Source: a virus (lineage: Duplodnaviria; Caudoviricetes). Taken from it: 64,000 nt of DNA. A program made the position numbers and the translations under genes. The notes under the pieces are model-generated. The model had not been told where the DNA came from and did not search any database. It saw nothing but the letters and a program-made list of their open reading frames with translations. Below, in pieces: positions 58,570 through 64,000 of the stretch. The stretch covers positions 18,741 through 82,740 of the IMG/VR virus record IMGVR_UViG_3300021431_000107. One strand, 5' to 3'. How positions within the stretch are numbered: position 1 is the stretch's first letter; each line of letters opens with the position of its first letter.

Positions 58570-60123
58570 TTAAGTAATTGTCAAAGTTCCAGATAATTGT
58601 GCATTTACATCGATGTTGTTTACGTTATCAATCCATGCCTCGCCATTACTTCTTAGTATAAGCATGTGAACAGTATTCGCATCCGTTGCAATAGTGAATG
58701 TAATAGTACAGTTATTGGTATTGATTGTAGTAGAAGTACCATCAATATCCTTAACATATTGACCGTTATACCGTATTACTATAGTCCCGCTAAACCGAAG
58801 ATTATTGGCAGTAATACTTGCATCAAATACTTTAGGCAATATGCAACAAATGTCAAGTTGCTTACCGCTAGAGGTTATATATCCAGGAACTATAGCATCT
58901 TTTATTTTTATGCTAGTGTCGGCGCCTTTTATATAAGTGTTACTCATATTTTCCCATGCTTTAAACGTAAAAGATTGTGTTGAATTATCATATGAAAAAA
59001 GTCTAGTTATGCAAATAGTATGTGATACATAATTTGCATCGATTATCTGACGTATAGAATCCGTTCCGATAACGAGCACGTGCATAGAAAATCCGCTATA
59101 AGTATATGGACAATTTAACAAAGTGGCCGATACGTTACTTGAAGTGCTGGTGTATTTTCCAGGAACAACATACGAATTCAGATCGGCTCCAGATGGAATT
59201 ACCTCGCCCGTTAAATATGGGTGACAATCTTTTATCGCTCCTATTTTTGTGGATGGTAAAACCTTTGTTACCGTAAAACACATTTGACCGCCAATTAGAT
59301 ATAGAATATCGCCAACCATGAAAACGCCTTCTATTTCGTCGCTCGCATTATAACCCTGCATACTAACGTTTTTTAATAATTTTCCAGTATCCTTGTCATA
59401 AAGGCACAGCGAATGCGTATATGCTTTTCCATTTCCATATGATAAGTTTACAATCAAAAGTTGTCCAGAATAATAACATCCGCACTGAACTAACGGAGTA
59501 TATTCATTATCTGTGTCAGCCATCGGAGAATAATTAACACTTGAGATTAAATTAAATTCGCTGTCGTATTTTTGTATGGCAGTATAAGAAGCGGTATAAA
59601 ATAGATTGGAATCCGAATCATAGCCTATAACCCAGTTACATGGGTTACTAGAATCTATTGCAGTTGGCTGTAGAGCAATAGAACTTTCAACTTCTAAAGT
59701 ATCTGCATCTACTATAGTTACATAATTTTTATATGTCGATTGTATGCCTGTCAGAACGTAATACTTATTGGTATTCTCATTATACGTAATATCATTAGCA
59801 TGTCCCAATAGTGAATCGCCTATTACTTTTCTGCCTTTAACAGTCAGCATATCCGCCATGTCAATACGAACAAGCATACAAGATGTGTCATCAGAAGATA
59901 CTAAAGCAATTACATACTCATCACTATTAGAATTATATGCAGCACCCTGAAGCCCAGTATGAATGCCATCATTTTCTGCAAATATACTTTTCTGCCCGTA
60001 TATACTTAGTATTCGTTCTCTTGTATAGCTGTCAAAAAAGCTGCTTTTTTCTCTCTCCTTCTTATCCACAATCTCATATGTATCATCGCCATGTATCATA
60101 TGGTGCATTATTTTATTAGCCAT
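58570..60123 (-). CDS. Receptor-binding-like protein (beta-propeller-like plus C-terminal beta domain)
   Basis: LQGAAY, GHANDITYN, QCGCYY, EIEGV blades; GADLNSYVVPGKY; N-terminal YEIVDK. Confidence 0.6.
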   Translation of the reverse strand: MANKIMHHMIHGDDTYEIVDKKEREKSSFFDSYTRERILSIYGQKSIFAENDGIHTGLQGAAYNSNSDEYVIALVSSDDTSCMLVRIDMADMLTVKGRKVIGDSLLGHANDITYNENTNKYYVLTGIQSTYKNYVTIVDADTLEVESSIALQPTAIDSSNPCNWVIGYDSDSNLFYTASYTAIQKYDSEFNLISSVNYSPMADTDNEYTPLVQCGCYYSGQLLIVNLSYGNGKAYTHSLCLYDKDTGKLLKNVSMQGYNASDEIEGVFMVGDILYLIGGQMCFTVTKVLPSTKIGAIKDCHPYLTGEVIPSGADLNSYVVPGKYTSTSSNVSATLLNCPYTYSGFSMHVLVIGTDSIRQIIDANYVSHTICITRLFSYDNSTQSFTFKAWENMSNTYIKGADTSIKIKDAIVPGYITSSGKQLDICCILPKVFDASITANNLRFSGTIVIRYNGQYVKDIDGTSTTINTNNCTITFTIATDANTVHMLILRSNGEAWIDNVNNIDVNAQLSGTLTIT

Positions 60124-60134
60124 TTATGCACCTC

Positions 60135-60368
60135 CTACTTCATGGTGTTCTGAAACTGCTTGGCTAATTGACTCAGCTGATTAAACTGTTCCTGTGTCAT
60201 CTGGCCAGAGTTTAGAAGCTGCTGAACCTGTTGCTGAGGATCGCCTTGGAACTGAGATTTAAAATTCCTGAACTGATTCAGCATATTAGAAAAGTTAGAA
60301 AAAGGACCGGGCATCCCACCATTTTGAAATTGGCCCTGATTTCCGAATCTATTAAAAAACGGATTCAT
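60135..60368 (-). CDS. Gln/Asn/Phe-rich small protein
   Basis: GDPQQQVQQLLNSGQMTQEQFNQL. Confidence 0.8.
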   Translation of the reverse strand: MNPFFNRFGNQGQFQNGGMPGPFSNFSNMLNQFRNFKSQFQGDPQQQVQQLLNSGQMTQEQFNQLSQLAKQFQNTMK

Positions 60369-60378
60369 TCATAGCACC

Positions 60379-60846
60379 TCACTTTTCAAGAGCTTTATTC
60401 ACAAGTTCCTCGACCTTGGCTTCAAGATCCGACGTCTTCACATACTGACTCATGTCTTCGTGCATTGGAAGCTGATTAGACTGACTGTAGCCCTGTGTTG
60501 CTACAACAGTTTCACGTTTTACAAGATCATAGGTCTCAATCGGAAGCGGGCGGCCTGATGCGTCGGTAGACTTCATGTAAAGGACAGGAGCATCAGAGTC
60601 CATAAGAAGGACTGATACTCCTGCTGCCACCGGATATGCTTTTGCGCCAGCTTCTCCCTGCACCCATACGAATCCCTGCGTTCCACCGCCTTGAGAATAC
60701 GTCTGATTCATCTGATTCATCGGCATCTGAGCCTGAGCGTACTGCTGATTCGGATAATATTGCTGAGCGTAAGGCTGCTGATATCCAGTGTTATAGCCGT
60801 TATTCATACCGTTTGCTTGATAATTCCCGTAATTATAGTAAGGCAC
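60379..60846 (-). CDS. Protein with Q/N/Y prion-like N-terminus and a small globular domain
   Basis: MPYYNYGNYQ...QQYYPNQQY; WVQGEAGAKAYPV...LLMDS...YMKSTD..GRP. Confidence 0.8.
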   Translation of the reverse strand: MPYYNYGNYQANGMNNGYNTGYQQPYAQQYYPNQQYAQAQMPMNQMNQTYSQGGGTQGFVWVQGEAGAKAYPVAAGVSVLLMDSDAPVLYMKSTDASGRPLPIETYDLVKRETVVATQGYSQSNQLPMHEDMSQYVKTSDLEAKVEELVNKALEK

Positions 60847-60847
60847 T

Positions 60848-61243
60848 TTAATCTATCTCCTTTCGCCAATAATAGGATGCGACTTCGTTTCCTGAGTCCC
60901 AGATATCGTAATAGTCGCCGTCTCTTACTGCGACAACATGACCTCCGGATTCGTAATTCACTATCACAAGCAGATAGGTTCCAAGCGGATGGTCAATACA
61001 GAAATCTTTCACTGTATAACAAGAAGGGCAGGTATCTGGTAAGATGTGCTTCTTAAAGCCTTTCTTTATCAGGTACTCTGCCCAAATGTAATTGTATTCT
61101 GGCATGTCGTGGTAGGTTATACACTCAACCGCTATGCCTATAAAAGTAGTTTCCCAGTCCTCGTCCGTAACAAAAGATACTGCTCGAATTACGCAGTCTG
61201 TTGTAGTTCTTTTATCTGGGTTCATGTTTAGATATTTAAACAT
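60848..61243 (-). CDS. Phage hypothetical protein (Cys/His; possibly peptidase-like)
   Basis: DCVIRAVS...GHVVAVRDG.YYDIWDSG. Confidence 0.75.
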   Translation of the reverse strand: MFKYLNMNPDKRTTTDCVIRAVSFVTDEDWETTFIGIAVECITYHDMPEYNYIWAEYLIKKGFKKHILPDTCPSCYTVKDFCIDHPLGTYLLVIVNYESGGHVVAVRDGDYYDIWDSGNEVASYYWRKEID

Positions 61244-61370
61244 CGCTCTTTTCTATATATCTTAACTTCTGCACGCATATCATTTAGCTATGAAGAAACA
61301 AAAACACCAACTCTTAAACGGAACCACTATTCATCAAAAGGAGGAGATATACGTGCAGAAGCAAGATGCA

Positions 61371-62951
61371 TTAGTTTTTCAGAAGCTTATTCACTTCATT
61401 TTGAATTTCCTGATAATTCTTGTAACCGGCTGCTGCCAGATTCTTTTCTCTATCAGGCTGATTTCCCCATTTACCTGCGAGCACCTCTTTCGCAAGCTCC
61501 ATAACGGATTTTGCTGTTTGCTTTTTCGACATTTCAGATAAAAGGACGCCCCAGGTTCTAGGACCGCAGATGCCATCTACATACAGACCATTGCTATTCT
61601 GGAAAGAGGTAAGAGCGGCATAAGTTTTATTTCCGAAGATACCGTCTACTGCTAAGTTAAAGCCAATCGTCTTAAGGCAATACTGCATATAAGTGACAGA
61701 AGGACCATCATCTCCCGTTCTAACCATTCCAGTAGAAGGAGTCGGAACCACTTCTTTCACCGGAGAAGCAGGAACCTGAATGGCAGGAGTCGTCTGTACT
61801 TCTTTTGCTTTAGATGCTCCGTATTTAGGCTGTGCGTAGCCTCTAATATAGCCGTTACCTACAGTGATGGAACGAATAGCAACAGAGTCTTTATAGTTGC
61901 CCTCAATTACTTTGATTGTCTTGCCACTTACAGATTTCACAATGCCGATGTGATCGGATGCTCCGTTATTCGGCTGCGTTGCTTTGTCCCAGTTATAGAC
62001 AATAATGTCTCCAGCTTTAGGCGTAATAGTACCATCTTCGTTCCAAATACCAGCTTTCTTAAAGAGCGATACATGGTTTTCAACACCACACTCAGTTCCA
62101 CCGATAAGATAAGTAGCATTCAGCTTGATGAAGACAGCAGACACAAACGTATCGCACCAGGAGTCTGTATATGTTACTTTATAACCTCTCGCAAGAGGCT
62201 TATGGTCGTTATACGTATCAATAATTACTTTATGAGAGCCGTCTGATTCTTTTTTGCCAAGCCAAGCTTCAGCAGTTTTAATTACATCAGACGCTGTAAC
62301 AGTTACTTTGCTCACAGGCGTTTCCTCCTTAGTTTCTTTTTTCTCGTCTTCGTATAGAGTATAGAAAACATCGGCATCGTATCCACCGGTTAAGCCAACA
62401 ACTTTACCTTTCCATGAATACTGCCATCCGACTCCATAACTTGGTCTTAAGTTTTCATGAATAGTTCCATCATCGTTTTTCTCTTTAGGAACCGAAGCAA
62501 TCCAGAAATCGTATTTTGACTTAGCTGATTCTGGAATCAAATTTTTATACCAATCTTTAGTACAGTAAATTCCAAACTTGTATCCAGCAGACTCAACTAC
62601 CTCGCGAAATGCTTCAATAATGCCTTCCATCTGTTTTCGTGTAAATGTCTCTTGTTTCTTCCATTCGAGATCGATCCACACAGGAAGATCCAGATGTCTT
62701 CCGTTTAATGTGCTAATAACATCTTCTGCTTCTCGTCTACTTTCGGTAGAATTATTCGCGTAAGAGTACCTATATACTCCTACCTTAAGACCTGCCTTAG
62801 TGGCATTCTTATAGTTAGTTTCAAAGAATTTATCAATTCCGTAGAGCTGAGTAACTCTTATGATGACAAATTCTATGCCTTTAGCTTTTGCGAAATTCGG
62901 TGTGCCGTCATCGGAGCATATATCAATTCCGAAATAATATTTCTTTGCCAT
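61371..62951 (-). CDS. Endolysin: GH25 muramidase + CHAP + peptidoglycan-binding + Cpl-7-like domain
   Basis: GIDI...VGVYRYSY...WIDLE; WCDTFVS...DHIGIV; VDGIFG..T; AKEVLAGKWGN. Confidence 0.92.
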   Translation of the reverse strand: MAKKYYFGIDICSDDGTPNFAKAKGIEFVIIRVTQLYGIDKFFETNYKNATKAGLKVGVYRYSYANNSTESRREAEDVISTLNGRHLDLPVWIDLEWKKQETFTRKQMEGIIEAFREVVESAGYKFGIYCTKDWYKNLIPESAKSKYDFWIASVPKEKNDDGTIHENLRPSYGVGWQYSWKGKVVGLTGGYDADVFYTLYEDEKKETKEETPVSKVTVTASDVIKTAEAWLGKKESDGSHKVIIDTYNDHKPLARGYKVTYTDSWCDTFVSAVFIKLNATYLIGGTECGVENHVSLFKKAGIWNEDGTITPKAGDIIVYNWDKATQPNNGASDHIGIVKSVSGKTIKVIEGNYKDSVAIRSITVGNGYIRGYAQPKYGASKAKEVQTTPAIQVPASPVKEVVPTPSTGMVRTGDDGPSVTYMQYCLKTIGFNLAVDGIFGNKTYAALTSFQNSNGLYVDGICGPRTWGVLLSEMSKKQTAKSVMELAKEVLAGKWGNQPDREKNLAAAGYKNYQEIQNEVNKLLKN

Positions 62952-62960
62952 ATCTTTACC

Positions 62961-63392
62961 TCATTTCCAGGGGCATGTATCGTTTGGTTTTCGCTCAATT
63001 GGATTCTGATAGAGAATAGATTCGTCAGAATAGTGAATAGCGTCATGAGTTCGTTTGCAGGTACAGATTAGGAACTCTGGATTCAAGAGATTATCTGTCT
63101 TGTTTGCGATATCATTGATAAGAAGTGGATTCATATGGTGGACAAGGATTCGTCCAAAGATTTCACGGTCCTCACAAGCAAGATCACATCCCATGTCTCT
63201 CGTGATGACTTCAGTTCTCACATTCTTCCACTCAGCAGAATGGTAGAACGCTTGGTTTAGGTATCTGTCGAACCCAAAGGACTCTTCGCCTATGGTTCCT
63301 TTAAGTTCCAAGTATCTGAATCGCTCTTCAAAGGTTGGAAGTGTGATAAGTTCACTATAAGTCCTAATCACGAGTCTCTTCCTCCTCGACAC
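62961..63392 (-). CDS. HNH endonuclease (packaging-associated)
   Basis: RDMGCDL...VHHMNP...NLI.C..THDAIH. Confidence 0.85.
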   Translation of the reverse strand: MSRRKRLVIRTYSELITLPTFEERFRYLELKGTIGEESFGFDRYLNQAFYHSAEWKNVRTEVITRDMGCDLACEDREIFGRILVHHMNPLLINDIANKTDNLLNPEFLICTCKRTHDAIHYSDESILYQNPIERKPNDTCPWK

Positions 63393-63696
63393 CTCTATAA
63401 AGCTTAAACATATTCATAGCTTCTTCATATAGCTCCTCTATCTTCTTGGCAGACTGGAGAGCTTCTGTCTTAGCGGTTATGAGATCTTTCTGTTTCTCAA
63501 GGATCTCTCGCTCAATGGCTTCTCTTGTGGTGCCAAGTTTCAAGTAATGCAGGATAATTTGAGGAGAAGCAGTACCATCCTCTATCTTTTGCTCTGCTAG
63601 ACGCTCAGCTTTTGCAATTAACTGCTGCTCACGGGCGTCTGATGTGATAGCGGGATGTTCTTTTCGCATTGGTTCATCCAGCTTATATTGTTTCAT
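63364..63696 (-). CDS. Putative terminase small subunit
   Basis: Helical 110 aa ORF directly before HNH; AREQQLI...GTASPQIILHYLKLG. Confidence 0.55.
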   Translation of the reverse strand: MKQYKLDEPMRKEHPAITSDAREQQLIAKAERLAEQKIEDGTASPQIILHYLKLGTTREAIEREILEKQKDLITAKTEALQSAKKIEELYEEAMNMFKLYRGVEEEETRD

Positions 63697-64000
63697 TGTA
63701 GTTTCACCCCACTATGATTGATAATTGTTGTGTTTTGGTACCGGTTCTGGGATACTTTAGAAGAGAATGCAATGACTTTGGGAGTAGTTTTACCATAGAA
63801 TACGGGGAAAGGAGAAGATGGTGAGTCACCCGAAAGCCGTATTCTACCCGGGAGGACAGCTACTGGTGAATTAAATCACTGCATCCCCTACGAAAATACC
63901 CTAGAGGAACTCCAGGGATTAACTTGAGCCTTAAAAAGTTGCCCAAAAATCAACCCCCGGAGCATTTTGAGAGAACCCGGCGATGGTAGGAGGGGGTAGT

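Larger units (their letters stand above)
1..64000 (-). mobile_element. Temperate tailed phage (siphovirus-like) genome segment; no host genes seen
   Basis: TerL, portal, capsid, major tail, tape measure, lysin, holin, integrase and dense small ORFs, nearly all co-oriented. Confidence 0.97.

Noticed and set aside
1-64000. Plus-strand ORFs in the track other than int (e.g. 45453..46763, 44037..44606, 16255..16839) and alternate-frame minus ORFs
   Set aside because: Shadows of real minus-strand genes, without RBS and with atypical composition
1-64000. tRNA, rRNA or tmRNA genes; stop-codon recoding
   Set aside because: No cloverleaf with T-loop GTTCRA in intergenic space; long genes are intact in code 11

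Overview
The whole window is one temperate siphovirus-type phage genome segment, probably from an anaerobic Bacillota host (Clostridia-like; inferred from nrdG, SigA-type promoters, a GH25/CHAP lysin and a Dp-1-type holin). Almost all genes are on the minus strand. Reading in transcription order from 64 kb down: putative small terminase, HNH nuclease, endolysin, a 7-gene Gln/Asn/Cys-rich + BclA-like + ferritin-like cluster, holins, extra spike-like genes, TerL, portal, protease-capsid fusion, tail module, two beta-helix tailspikes, an apparently intact attP, a plus-strand tyrosine integrase and a face-to-face promoter switch. Below that lie about 27 kb of small accessory genes. Replication genes are not in the window. 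Most striking: (i) 27 copies of a non-canonical promoter-like motif, TCGHAW-N6-CA-N5-TATAAT-like, that divide the accessory region into promoter-ORF-terminator cassettes; (ii) about 15 strand-specific hairpins with tandem G.A pairs, mostly at cassette junctions; (iii) a candidate ~125-nt structured RNA; (iv) the prion-like/ferritin-like late cluster between endolysin and holins. All calls are from manual reading; no database searches were run.
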